Below, piece by piece: positions 26,693-38,799 of a stretch of 64,000 nucleotides of DNA. Within the stretch, counting starts at the first letter, position 1, and the number at the start of each line of letters is the position of its first letter. The notes below the pieces were generated by a model. The model saw nothing but the letters and a program-made list of their open reading frames with translations. It had not been told where the DNA came from and ran no database searches. Both the position numbers and the translations under genes were made by a program. This stretch comes from Takakia lepidozioides (taxonomy: Eukaryota; Plantae; Bryophyta). The stretch spans positions 42,036,001-42,100,000 of the forward strand of contig CM060732.1 of assembly GCA_030704615.1 (NCBI GenBank), read 5' to 3'.

Positions 26693-27052
26693 TAAAGCAC
26701 AAATAGAAACATGCAGTCTATATGTAGTGCTTCTACACAGCTTTGAACGGACATACAGACACAGTCTATTCTATCTGATAACTAGCAAATTGAAAGCATA
26801 CGTCACAGATTGCAGAGCAGCCCTGATATATATCCCCTAAGGTGCGAGACCAGAAGAAGCTAGCCATAGGCGGGAACCTACTTATTCAAAATCGTCCACC
26901 TGCGCGCAAGTGAACACTATCCTAGCTGGCACTATGCATACCATCTAAGACCCTAGTTGGCACAAGATCTAGAAGACAGATGTTTGGTTAACAGAACTAG
27001 ATCTACTATTCAACTGATGCACAACTAATTAGTAGCTCACTATAAACCAATA
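26693..27052 (-). repeat. 3' LTR of outer copia (360 bp; lacks 71 bp present in the 5' LTR)
   Basis: About 11 substitutions versus 34733-35163 by manual count, plus one 71-bp indel. Confidence 0.97.
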
Positions 27053-27420
27053 CTCCCACTCATCGGGAGAATAGTCAATGATACACTTCAAACACTAAAC
27101 TGATCCTCCCACTTCATTGACGGTCCTTGGCAACAGACCGAGTAAGCTTCTGAAATAGAAGAATGTCTCTGCTGGTAGTGCGTTAGTAAGCAGATCAGCA
27201 ATCTGATTGTGGGTAGAAACGTAAGTCATCAAAACGAGACCCTTCTGTTGGTATTCTCGGAGAATATGAAACTGTATATCGATGTGCTTTGTTCTCCTTC
27301 GGGTTTCTGGATTGGCAACCATCTTGATGGCACTTTGGCTATCACTCAACAATATAGTAGGTCCAAGTTGAGGGAATCCAAGATCCTCCAATAAACGTCG
27401 ATACCACACAGTTTTTTTTG

Positions 27421-27733
27421 TGTTGGAAGTAATTAAACATATCTAGAAGACTAAGAGTCTTGAAGGCCAAAGGTTTAGAAGTCTAAGAGACTATCTTGTT
27501 TAACTCACATTTGGAAGGTGAATGGCTAGAAGGTGGATGGTCACCATAGTGGAAGTGGAAGTGGAAGTGACCAAGTAGGACTTTCTAGAGACCTTCTTGT
27601 ACAAGCTCGGGGGTGAAGCCACTAGTCTAAGTGTAAGAGTATGATGGTGGCTTCTATGGTTGGGAGGAGAGCTTTAGTTTTAGCTTTAGTCTAAGACTTT
27701 AGTTCTTGTTCATGTTCTTGCTCAATTCTAACA
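27421..27733 (+). repeat. 5' LTR of inner copia
   Basis: Differs from the 3' LTR by 2 substitutions and one 6-bp GTGGAA unit. Confidence 0.98.
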
Positions 27734-27794
27734 TGGTATTAGAGCCATTCTTCTCTAGGTGAGAGTTGGTAGTTGAGATTGAGAGAACTTGATT

Positions 27795-30700
27795 ATGGCT
27801 AGAGCGTCGTCTTCTAGCAATCCTCCTTCTATGTCTATGACGAGTGCATTAGATGTGAGAGTGGAAGATCGATTCAATAGAGCTAACTATCAAACCTAAA
27901 AGTTTAGGATGGAGATGGTTCTTCTAGACAAAGATCTATGGGGAGTGGTTGATGGATCAGTCCCAAGACCTGACACTATTGTTGGCCAAGCCATATGGGA
28001 TAGGAAAGATCAGAAAGCAAGAGCTAGCATCATCACAAGCTTGAGAGACAATCAGTTGCATCTCATTATAAGTGCTAAGAATGCTAAGGATGTTTGGGAC
28101 AAGCTAGTAAGCATATATGAGACAAATGATGTCACATCGCAAGTGTATGCGACGCAAAAGTTCTATGGTCTGAAGATGACCGAGTCAGACTCAGTTGAAC
28201 AACACTTGAATTTGTTTTGTGTGTTGCGAGATCAATTAGTCTCTGTGGGAACTAATGTGACTGATGAACACGTCGCAGTGGTGTTATTGGCAATCTTACC
28301 TGAATCCTTTGATGGTTTTGTGGTGTCTCTAGCAGGACAAACCAACTTAACTATTGATGTTGTCATAGGACTTCTCCTCAAGGAGGAAACAAGAAAAAAA
28401 GATCAAGGTACGTCTACAGAGGTAGACAGAGCTTTGTTCACAGGCAAGACTGGAGTAGTCTTGAATAGAAGACTCCCTTCACATATGTCTCAGAAGTCCC
28501 AGAGGTTTCAGAAACCTCAATCTAGCTCAAAGATCAAAAGACCAAAGTGAGGTGTTTTTATTGCAAAAAACTTGGTCACATGATCAAGGATTGTAGAAAG
28601 CGCATTGCAAATAAGCGCAGCAGAGAGAGTCAAGGGAACATAACTACTCATCAGAGGAATGCTATTCTATTTGTTGTGTCTCTCTCAGCCACTACTAGAC
28701 AGAAGCATGTGTGGTATGTTGATTCAGAAGCATCTCAACATATGAGTTCAAAGAGAGAGCATTTATTATCCTATAGATCTCTTTCACCTACACAATATGT
28801 TCTTTTGGGAGATGATAGCAAGCATGTCATTGGTGGGGAAGGCTCAGTCTCTCTTATGCTCAATGAAGGGGAAACCATAGAGGTGGAAAATATCCTACAT
28901 GTCCCTACTTTAACAAAGAACCTGTTGTCTGTAAGGCAAATTGCAAAGGGATACAGAGTGGTATTCCAAGATGAGAGTTGTACTATCACAGATAGCTCAG
29001 GAGCTATGGTAGCAAGAGCTATCCTTGATAATTGCTAGTATAGATTACAATATCATGTCTCTAGTGCTCTTACCACATTTTCACCACAGTTGGGATCTAC
29101 ACCTGTCATGTCAGAAACAGAGTTGTGGCATAGAAGGTTAGGTCATGTGAGCATTAAGAAGTTGAGACAGATGCAACTCTCAAGTCATCTTGTGGAAGGA
29201 CTACCATTGAAGGAGATGAGCGATATGCGTCTATCCAAAGGTTGCTTGGAAGGGAAGTAACATCGAGGTCAATTTCCTAAGGATGGTGGACGAAGAGCCA
29301 CAAATATATTGGAGATTGTACATTCTGATGTGTGCGGACCAATGCAAACCACATCACTTGGAGGAGCAAGGTACTTTGTGACATTCAATGATAATTTGTC
29401 AAGGAGGGTTGTGGTGAATTTCCTAAGGCAGAAAAGTCAAGTGCTAGAGAAATTCAAGGAGTTCAAAGTACTTGCAGAAAAATAAACTGGAAAGCCTCTT
29501 AAGATTTTGAGATCTGACAATGGCGGTGAGTACATCTCAAAGGCTTTCAATCAGTTTTGTCAAGATAATGGAATAGCTCGACAGCTTACTGTTCCATATA
29601 CACCTGAGCAGAATGGTGTAGCTGAGCGGATGAATAGATCACTATATCTTCACAACATAATACCTACCAAATCAGTGTTGGGAAATACACCAGAAGAGGT
29701 ATGGAGTGGTCAGAAGCCTAGTGTGGCTCATTGTAGGATTTTTGGATGTCGTGCATATGTCCATATCCCTACTCAGAAGCGAAGGAAACTTGACTCCAAA
29801 TTAGAATGATGCATCTTCATTGGCTACACAGAAGGTGTGAAGGGATATAAGTTGTTCAATGAGACAACTAAGGCTGTCAAACACAGTAGGGACGTAGTGT
29901 TTGATGAAGGCTTCATACCCTATTTGGTAGTGGGAGAAGATGACATGGAAATGAGCTTAGAGTCATTACACCATTTCCAAGAGGAGTCTTATGAGGAGCC
30001 AATACAAGAAATGGCTGAAGCAAATGATGGAGGTGTTCAACTTGATGGAGTTGATCAAGGAGTCGAAGTTGGTGAACCACTTGTTGATATGGACTCTAGA
30101 GATGAAGTTGAAGATGTGTCAATTCTAAGGAGATCTCAGCGGGAAAGAAAAGCTCCTAGTAGGCTGATTACATCTATGAGTGCCATTGAAGTTATGGAAG
30201 AAGCATCACAAGTGGTTGAGCCTGCTACATATGAGGAAGCGATGCACTCTCCAGACAAACTACAATGAGAAGAAGCAATCAACTCAGAGTTGGATTCATT
30301 GATGCAAAACAAAGCATGGACACTCACTAGGTTGCCTGCAGGACGAAGAGCCATTGGTTGCAAGTGGATCTTCAAGTTGAAGTACAAAGCTGATGGATTT
30401 ATTTACCGGTACAAAGCTCGTCTTGTAGCTAAAGGCTATGCACAAATTCAAGGAGTGGATTACAATGAAACCTTCTCACCAGTGGTGAAGATTTCTTCTA
30501 TCAGAGTGTTGTTAGCTCTTGCAACTCAACATGATCACGAAGTTCATCAAATGGATGTTAAGACCGCATTTCTGAATGGAGAACTACAAGAAGAAATCTA
30601 CATGAGACAACCTGAAGGGTTTGTACAAGGAGGAAGTGATATTGTGTGTAAGCTGTAAAAGAGTTTGTATGGACTCAAACAAAGTCCCCGAGCTTGGTAT

Positions 30701-31033
30701 GCTAGGATAGATGTTTACCTTTTAAAGGCAAGATTCGAACGAAGCATTGCTGACACAAACATCTATGTGAAAAAGATGGGAGAGCAATTTGTGGTCATAG
30801 CTCTATATGTGGATGACACAATCATTATCACCAACGATCATCAAATGTTGTTGCCAGAAACCAAAGCACTGTTGAGTGTTAAGTTTGCCATGAAGTGCAA
30901 CATCACTACATACGGGAAGTTGTATGCAATGGTTGCGGATGTTTTGACGAAGAGTCTACCGCAAACAAAACACATGAAGTGTTCAGCCTTACTTGGTGTC
31001 TCTTCTCTGAAGACAAACGAAGCAGCTCAATGA
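27795..31033 (+). pseudogene. gag-pol remnant of inner copia
   Basis: Gag; zinc knuckle CFYCKKLGHMIKDC; protease WYVDSEAS; LWHRRLGH; RSDNGGEY; RT YKARLVAKGY, MDVKTAFL, YVDD; several in-frame stops; most of RNase H deleted near 30895. Confidence 0.95.
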
Positions 31034-31054
31034 TATGGTTTAATTGAGTGGGAG

Positions 31055-31361
31055 TGTTGGAAGTAATTAAACATATCTAGAAGACTAAGAGTCTTGAAGG
31101 CCAAAGGTTTAGAAGTCTAAGAGACTATCTTGTTTAACTCACCTTTGGAAGGTGAATGGCTAGAAGGTGGATGGTCACCATAGTGGAAGTGGAAGTGACC
31201 AAGTAGGACTTTCTAGAGACCTTCTTGTACAAGCTCGGGGATGAAGCCACTAGTCTAAGTGTAAGAGTATGATGGTGGCTTCTATGGTTGGGAGGAGAGC
31301 TTTAGTTTTAGCTTTAGTCTAAGACTTTAGTTCTTGTTCATGTTCTTGCTCAATTCTAACA
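31055..31361 (+). repeat. 3' LTR of inner copia
   Basis: Near-identical to 27421-27733. Confidence 0.98.
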
Positions 31362-32822
31362 TTTTGCAGTTAAACACGCTTCTATGTATTCGGATTCGGT
31401 GGTGCTACTAGTAGTGCAAGTTTGCTTCCGAGATATCCGGATGACATGACAGGTCCCTGATTCAAAATCAATGTGCAACCACTTCTGGATTTTCTGTCAT
31501 CGCCGTCACCACCATAGTCAGCATCCGCATAGGCAATTACCCGGTTTGGTTCTTTGTTGCGTGAGTAAGATATAGCGAAGTGAGCAGTCCCCTTCAAATA
31601 CCGTAGTATCCGTTTCACAACAGTGCAATGGATGCGTCTTGGGTTAGATGAGAACTTAGAGACTGCACTTACTGCGTAGGCAATATCCGGGCGACTTCCT
31701 ATCATGGCAAACATGATACAACCAAGAATCTCTTGATAAGGAAAGTTGTCTTCTCTTTCCTCCGAAGAATCATCATGAGTAGCAAATAATTGCACATTTG
31801 GATCGCACGGGGTAGAGAGTGGATTGCAGTTGTCATAGCCGAACCGTTTAAGCACTCGCAAAATATATTGCGTCTGATCCAAGTAGATCATTCCCAACCC
31901 TCTGTTCATCGTGATTCGCAGGCCCACATAACAATCGGCAGGTCCCGCGGTGCATTCGAACACTTGGTTGAGATAGGTCACCATGTCGTCAATCTAGCTG
32001 CTTGAGCACAGCAACCTAATCCATCATCCACATAAATTGTGGTGATTAGTGTCGGTGGGGAGGAACTAATGTACACACAGGGATCGGCAGAACTGGCTTG
32101 TAAATTGTATCGAGTCAAGAACTCGTGGAACTTCACATTCCAGGCTCTAGATGCTTGTCGTAAGCCATATAAACTCTTTAGGAGTCGGCACACTTGCTTC
32201 TCTGTCCCAACAGGTACAAAACCTTGAGGCTGATCCATAAAAATTTCTTCCTCAAAATCGCCGTGAAGAAATGCAGACTTGATGTCAAACTGTTTCATCT
32301 CCATATTCTCCGATGCTGCAATGGCCAATACTGTTCTTATAGACTCAAACTTCGCTACTGGAGCATAAGTCTCTGCAAAATCAATCCCTGGTTTCTGAGA
32401 GTAGCCTTTTGCAACTACCCTTGCCTTGAACCTGGAAATCAAGCCATCTGAGCCAAGTTTAACTTTGAAAACCCACTTGCTCTTAATTGCTTTCCTGTCA
32501 TGTGGTAGATCAACAATCTGCCATGTTTTGTTCTTCAATAATGAATCATATTCATCCTTCATGGCTTGCTCCCACTGCCGTCTGTGAGGAGAGAGCATGA
32601 CCTCATTATAAGTATGTGGCTCTACTGGCAATGATTCGGTAACTCCCACAAAGGAGTAATGAGTTCCCCGAATTGGTGCCCAATCACCGTAGTGTTGTGG
32701 AGCTGCTCTGGTGCGTTTTGGTCGACGTTCTTCGGTGCACTCATCAGCAGGTTCCTCAGAAATATTTTCCAAATGAACTTCAAGTGGAATGCCTGCAGAT
32801 TCCTCAGAACACGAAGATGGAT

Positions 32823-32980
32823 CTCCCACTGAACTAGTGTGCACCTCTGGTGGACGTAACAGCTCCCACTGAATTAGTTTCACCCTCTGGTGTAGCATCT
32901 CCCACTGAACTAGTGTGAACCTCTGGTGTAGCAACTCCCACTGAGTTGTCTCCCTCTGATATTGAAGCTCCCACTGACTG
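32823..32980 (-). repeat. ~36-bp coding tandem repeat (about 5 units; SVGxATPExxTx) in the integrase-RT linker of the outer copia
   Basis: CTCCCACTGA at 32823, 32863, 32899, 32935 and 32968; the 40-bp unit shifts the frame. Confidence 0.9.
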
Positions 32981-34719
32981 AATTGTGTTCTCAACCTCTT
33001 TGGTATGAAAATAAGCAAACTCAGGTCCTGTAGGTATCTTGAAAACGGCCATATGAGACTTAGGGTTTTCTCCCTCATCGAATAAAACATCTCTGGAAAT
33101 CACGATTTTCTTCATGAGTGGATCCCACAGCCGATAGGCTTCTGACTCCTTGCTGTATCCCACAAAAATGCAGGATCTACTCTTAGAATCCAATTTGTGG
33201 CGTAGCTCTTTTGGAATATGAACATAGGCGATACATCCAAAAACCTTTAGATGCCGTAAGTCTGGCCTTCGACCACACCAAGCCTGCAATGCCAGTCTTA
33301 TCGGTCAAGGTTCTTGTCCCAACTCGGTTGAGGATATATACTGCAACATGAACCGCTTCACCCCAGAAATGTAAATCAAGACCCTTGGCATGTAACATGC
33401 ATCTTGTGGCTTCGATAATTGTCCTATTATCTCGTTCTGCAACCCCGTTCTGTTCTGGGGTATAGGGTGCTGTCAATTCTTGACAAATGCCTTCCTGCTC
33501 CAAGTAGGCTTGAAACTCTTTGCTCATGAACTCCCCACCCCTGTCGGACCTCAGTTTCGTAATATTATTTCTTGTCTCTCTTTTGGATTCCTTCTGCAAT
33601 CGCTTGAAACAGTCAAGAGTCTCACTCTTGTTCTTAATACAGTAAATCACACGGTAACTACTGTTATCATCTTTGAACAGTACCATGTAATGAGCTCCTC
33701 CTATAGATGCCTTTGACATTGGACCACACAAGTCAGCATGATAAAACTGTCCAGGACTCTTTGCCCGCTCTCTCTCTTTGTTCACTGGGAATGACTGTCG
33801 GTGTATTTTACCAGATGCACAACCCGTACAAAAACTTGGCTCTTCTTTTAAATCTAGTTGTAAGCCATCAACTAGTTTGTCTCTCACCATTTTCTTGATC
33901 ATGTCAGTGCTGACATGTCCCAAGCGCTCATGCCATCTGTTGATCCCTCTCTCAGAAAATGTAACAACATTTGGACTCTTCTCAGTAGGCCTCTCAGGAT
34001 TTGAGACTTCACACGTAGAGCTCCCAACTTCTAGGACAGAATTGGCGTGTGACTTTGGAACAACTACCTTCATATTCATCTTGTAAAGTTGTCCTATCTT
34101 AACTCCTTCCATCATGACTCGTCCATTCTTGGACTTCTCTCTCATCTCTACACGACCATTTTCATATACCGCTGTAATCTTCTCCTAATTGAAGACATAT
34201 TGCTAAAGTATGATGCGATGCTATCCTCTTCTATCATCTGGCAACGATAGAACTTCTCTTGCAAGTGAGTGATATCCTCATCAGCGGCTTGTTCATGGAC
34301 TGTTATTAGGGTAGACCACATCTCTGTTGCGGTCACACAGTTCACAAGTTGCTGCATATGGCTTCTATCTACGGCTTGTAAAATGGCGAAGGCAGCTCTC
34401 TTGTCCCTCTTCTCCCACAGAACTTTGTCAGTAGTAGCACTCTTAGTGTCACTCCCATCCACAATCTCCCACATCTCTCGTGCCTGAAACATAATTTGCA
34501 TCTGAAATTTCCACAACGAAAAATTATCTCCATTGAACTTCTCTATCCCCAGCGATTCCTTGTATTCCGTGATCGATGACATGTTTACTGAGTCTTAATC
34601 GCAAGCGCTCTAGACAGTACTTTCTTGATCAAGAAACTTCAAAGAACTACCACGCTTCCGCTCTCTACAGTGTGAATGCTGTAATAATTCACTACTCCAC
34701 ATTGCTTTAACAACGTATG

Positions 34720-34732
34720 TGGGCCCATAACC
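34720..34732 (-). promoter_or_regulatory. Primer-binding site for a half-molecule initiator tRNA-Met
   Basis: Minus strand GGTTATGGGCCCA directly after the 5' LTR, the PBS type known from Drosophila copia. Confidence 0.85.
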
Positions 34733-35163
34733 TAAAGCACAAATAGAAACATGCAGTCTATATGTAGTGCTTCGACACAGCTTTGAATGGACATACAGAC
34801 ACAGTCTGTTCTATCTGATAACTAGCAAATTGAAAGCATACGTCACAGATCGCAAAGCAGCCTTGATACATATCCCCTAAGGTGCGAGACCAGAAGAAGC
34901 TAGCCATAGGCGGGAACCTACTTATTCAAAATCGTCCACCTGCGCGCAAGTGAACACTATCCTAGCTGGCACTATGCATACCATCTAAGACCCTAGTTGG
35001 CACAAGATCTAGAAGGCAGATGTTCCCCTTCTCTCTGCACTGTGGAATCAGCCGTCGAGTTGATGATGTCCTCTGCTAGTGCACTTGTGGTTGCTTGGTT
35101 AACAAAACTAGATCTACTATTCAACTGATGCATAGCTAATTAGTAGCTCACTATAAACCAATA
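34733..35163 (-). repeat. 5' LTR of outer copia (431 bp)
   Basis: Direct repeat of 26693-27052. Confidence 0.97.
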
Positions 35164-35636
35164 GGAGTTGGATATCAAAATTAGAATGAAGCAGATGACA
35201 GTCAGTAAGCTATCCAGTCTGGGATCCAATACCTGAGAACTACACCCATCTATTTCTTGGCACTTTGCCAATTGGCAAAGTTACTGTGGTGTTCCAAACC
35301 ATGATTCTTTCACTTGTTCTTTTTCTTTTTTCTTTTTTAAGAGAAAGGGGTAAATTGAATTAAAAGAGCAAGGAAAAACTAACCTTGCTGCAGAAAAGCC
35401 ATGGAAACATAGAGGGGACACCGGCCCTTCACAGTGTAGATACTTTCACTTCCTTTCCTGAGAGCATGTGCCATGTACTGGTGGTTTGGTCTGAAAATAA
35501 TCAGAGGTATGAATTTGGATTTTTATCTCAGTGACTTTTTCAGTCAGGGTTTTATGTCCAACCCAGATTGTCAAACCATTATCATCCAAGTGTACCATTT
35601 TTCCCCACTTATAATAAAGTAATCGGGCTTCATCCC

Positions 35637-38440
35637 TGTGAAGTCAGATTCTGGCGCCCACCAGAGATTCCCTTCCTCTGTGGTGGAGGCGCTTAAAGGG
35701 GGAGTATAGCTATGCATAGGATGAGGGATCTTACTCTAGAGGACTGCAGATCCTAAGGAACGATTCCCCAGACTTAATCACACACCGTACACTGAGACAC
35801 TTTCATCCACACAGGTACACACAGAGATGAACAATCCAAAACCAGCACACCAGGGCTCAAGTCCCCCTTGATTAAATAGTCTTTTCATCCTTCATCTGCC
35901 TGGCCAGATGGCTGTCACTCATTGGCTCCTCATATTGTTATCCAGATGTCGTGACAGCTAGGCCGCCAACAAGGCTGTTGCTTAATATACTACTACCGGT
36001 TAATATAAGACAAGTTTATAGGCTCATCACTGACACATCCGTTGTAACAGTCGCCTTCATCCCCGTAGAGTCATAACATTCATTGATGGGGAATAAAGAC
36101 TAGAGAGGAATCTGGTCCTTCACATATGTGAAGCCTTTGCAAGCGAGCTCCTGCGAGCTACTGCAATAAACATGTCCACTGCAAGTTGAGCGAAGGATAA
36201 AACCACGTCACTGGAAAAATCCCAAGTGCATGGTGATGAGGCCAGCAAAACAGCTACACTACCAGCAAGTGATCTCAAATCAAAACAAAGCCAGTCCAAA
36301 ACAATTTGTCACTATACTAAGAATCGTCAGCAGCAGGGTCCTCTGTCGCACGCCGCTTGCGAGGTGTGAGAATCACATGTCGATTTTCAACATTCAGACA
36401 GGTGAGGTCGAACTGCAAACGAGAGGGGACAAGTTGAGACACATGAACTGTGTCCTGGAGCGCAGCAGTGGAGGCATGTTGAGGTAACAAACGATATTGC
36501 CTGCCAGGAAGTATCCTGCAATCAAATAGGGCCCATCAATTCGAAGCTTGGCCTTGGAAACCTGCTTGCCAGGTTGAAGATGAACACACACGGTCTGGCT
36601 GATGACAAAACTCTCAGAGTACACCACCCGTCGGTTGTAGTATTTAGCCTAGGCAACCTGAGGCACTGCAATGTTGTGCTTGGCAGTCTCCCGCAAGCTC
36701 AACCTGTGAGCAGTCAGTTGTTCCAAAAACAGATCCCAATCGGGAGGTTCATGCACTTGCACCTGTAAGACAGGGACATGTAACGGGGTCCTAGCCTTTC
36801 TACCATACAATAATTCAAAAGGAGAAAATCGAATGCTAACATGAACTGAAGTTCTATAAGCAAAGATAAGCACAGGCAAGGTGTTGTCCCACTCATAATG
36901 AGAGCCCCATTCTTTTCCAAGAGCTAGCACATTGTCTTATTAAACCTTTCAGTGAGCCCATTGCACTGAGGATTATAGGGAGCAGTCAAGCAATGCTTGA
37001 CCCCCAATGTTGAAACAAATGACCTCCATCAATTGGTTGCAAAACTCGGTCCCCTAGTCAGTTAGTATCTCAGCAGGACATGCATGCCTAAGTATAACTT
37101 CATCAAAAAAGAATTGTGTCACTTCATCGCTATCCTTAGCAACCAAAGGCCGGATCTCAACCCATTTGGACAAGTAATCAGTGGCTACTGCAAAGTAGCT
37201 GTGGTTTTGAGAGGTCCGACTAAATCAAGGCCAACCCGAGCAAAGAATTCAGTGATAGGGATTGGCTGAAGTGGAAGAGGAGCTTGTGTTCTAGGTAGCA
37301 GGGTTTTAGTCTGATAGGGCACACATTGATGAATGAAGGTCGATACATCCTGATGTAGGCCCTTCCAATAGTATTTTTCTTGCAACCTTTTGACGGTCTT
37401 GTGTACCCCTAAATGTGCAACATAGAGTGAAGCATGAAATATATATATATATATATGACGCCTCCCGAAGGGAGCGTAACTTATGGTGTCACTTGACCCC
37501 GAAGGGCTACTGCCTTCCAGCAGGATGGTGGACACCTTCATGACACACCAGACGGTGGTTTGAACCCACAACCACATCCAACGTGGTATGTGCCCATTAC
37601 CACTGGGCTACATGCTGGTTGTCGAAGCATGAAATAATTCTAATAGAGCAGGTACCGAACTCCTTTTGGGAATCTCCACAACATGTTCTTGCCCTCGAAC
37701 CAAAAGTACCATTAACAGCTTCCCTTCATGTTCCCGATGAGATGGGACATGATAGTTTACCTATCGCATGAGCTTGGGAGGGATGCCAGGTAAGTGAGCC
37801 TGATGTCTACATTTGTGGAGAAGAGCCTCGTACAGGAAATCGTCCATGCCTGCGTAACACATGACAAGACCCTCACAGGTTAGTGCAAGCTTGACTTGTG
37901 TCCGCCCCGGTGAGCTCCAGCCAGAATAACAAGACGCCAAAAAGAAAAGGGCAGCCTAATGTGAATACAGGCAGACACTGGAGAGCACAGCTCTGTCCCA
38001 AGGATAGGGTGAAAGAAGACAGGCTGCCAAATCAGGAACAGAAATAGTAAACAAGGGAAAGACACCAGCTAGGCTTCATTAGTAACAACTAGTTCATGCA
38101 ACACCCTGTACAATCTATCCAGCAGCAAATGACATCAGATCCCATGTGGACATAAGATCTGGTGGTGAAGCGCGTGTGTCTACAAACAGTGAGAGAACTT
38201 GGTCCTGGCCACAATCCGGAACAGTAGCATTAGCATGGGATACAGATGTAAGATCATCAAGCGTAGTGTAAGGCTCTGGAATTTTCGTCTCTCATCTAGT
38301 TAATGCATCCGCATTAGTGTTCTCTTTACCCTTTTTGTAACATATATCATAGTCAAATATCTGAAGGGTAAGAGCCCATCGAGCCAAGCGGCCAAAGAGC
38401 TCTCTTGGAGTTTTTAGAGCTTTCAGAGGTAAATGCCCGA
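35637..38440 (-). mobile_element. Ty3/gypsy retrotransposon remnant (RNase H end, integrase, probable 3' LTR 35637-36049)
   Basis: GRLARWALTLQIFDYDICYKKGKENTNADALTR; integrase Zn finger HLGVHKT..YYWKGLHQDV..C; core GLDLVGP, PQCNGLTERFNKT, FAYRTSVH..FSPFELLYGR; RH-before-INT order. A PPT-like GGGGATGAAGGCGAC precedes TGTTACA at 36049. Left LTR end uncertain. Confidence 0.85.
37442..37623 (-). mobile_element. Full-length tRNA-derived SINE (~182 bp) inserted in the gypsy integrase
   Basis: 13-bp TSD GAAGCATGAAATA at 37429-37441 and 37624-37636; A box TAGCCCAGTGG; B box GGTTCAAACC; (AT)n tail. Confidence 0.92.
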
Positions 38441-38799
38441 AAATAACAAGTGTCTTGCAGCGCGGGGAAGGGACGATGATGTCCTCGCGTGCTTGAGCGC
38501 GGAGGGCTTTCACACACGGATCTCGGAGGAAGATCCTACATGGTGGATGCTGCACAACCGTTTTTCATCTCAAAATGGGGACTGGCTGCAGTCTGAGGAT
38601 TCCAAGCCCATTACGCTCTACAATCCACTCCCACAACCAAATTTGTCAAGAGATTCAATTCCCAGATACCCCACTTTGAATGAGTCGGATGCAGCGACAC
38701 CTGTGCAGCTGGCAACATTCGCTTACAGATGTGCAGTTGAATAAGATTGCAGGAGGTTCGAATTGGAGGGCGTCTCTATAGCACAGAGAAGGAGCACAC

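Larger units (their letters stand above)
27421..31361 (+). mobile_element. Ty1/copia LTR retrotransposon (inner, nested, defective)
   Basis: TG..CA LTRs 27421-27733 and 31055-31361; TSD TTTTG at 27416-27420 and 31362-31366; PBS TGGTATTAGAGCC (tRNA-iMet type); PPT GAGTGGGAG at 31046-31054. Confidence 0.98.
27095..34582 (-). pseudogene. gag-pol remnant of outer copia, split in RNase H by the inner element
   Basis: Gag N-terminus (KFNGDNFSLWKFQM) 34582-34148; zinc knuckle and protease not seen (deleted); RWHERLGH, ADLCGP, RSDRGGEF, PEQNGVAER integrase motifs; RT FKARVVAKGYSQ and IYVDD; RNase H YADADYG (31.5 kb) and LSDSQSA/RTKHIDIQFH/QIADLLT (27.1-27.4 kb); several frameshifts. Confidence 0.95.
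26693..35163 (-). mobile_element. Ty1/copia LTR retrotransposon (outer, defective), half-tRNA-iMet primed, TA..TA termini
   Basis: LTRs 34733-35163 (5') and 26693-27052 (3'); TSD GGAGT at 26688-26692 and 35164-35168; PBS GGTTATGGGCCCA; PPT GAGTGGGAG; domain order gag, integrase, RT (YVDD), RNase H. Confidence 0.97.

Noticed and set aside
35651-35664. TGGCGCCCACC as a plus-strand primer-binding site
   Set aside because: No plus-strand LTR or gag nearby; it lies within the probable minus-strand gypsy LTR.
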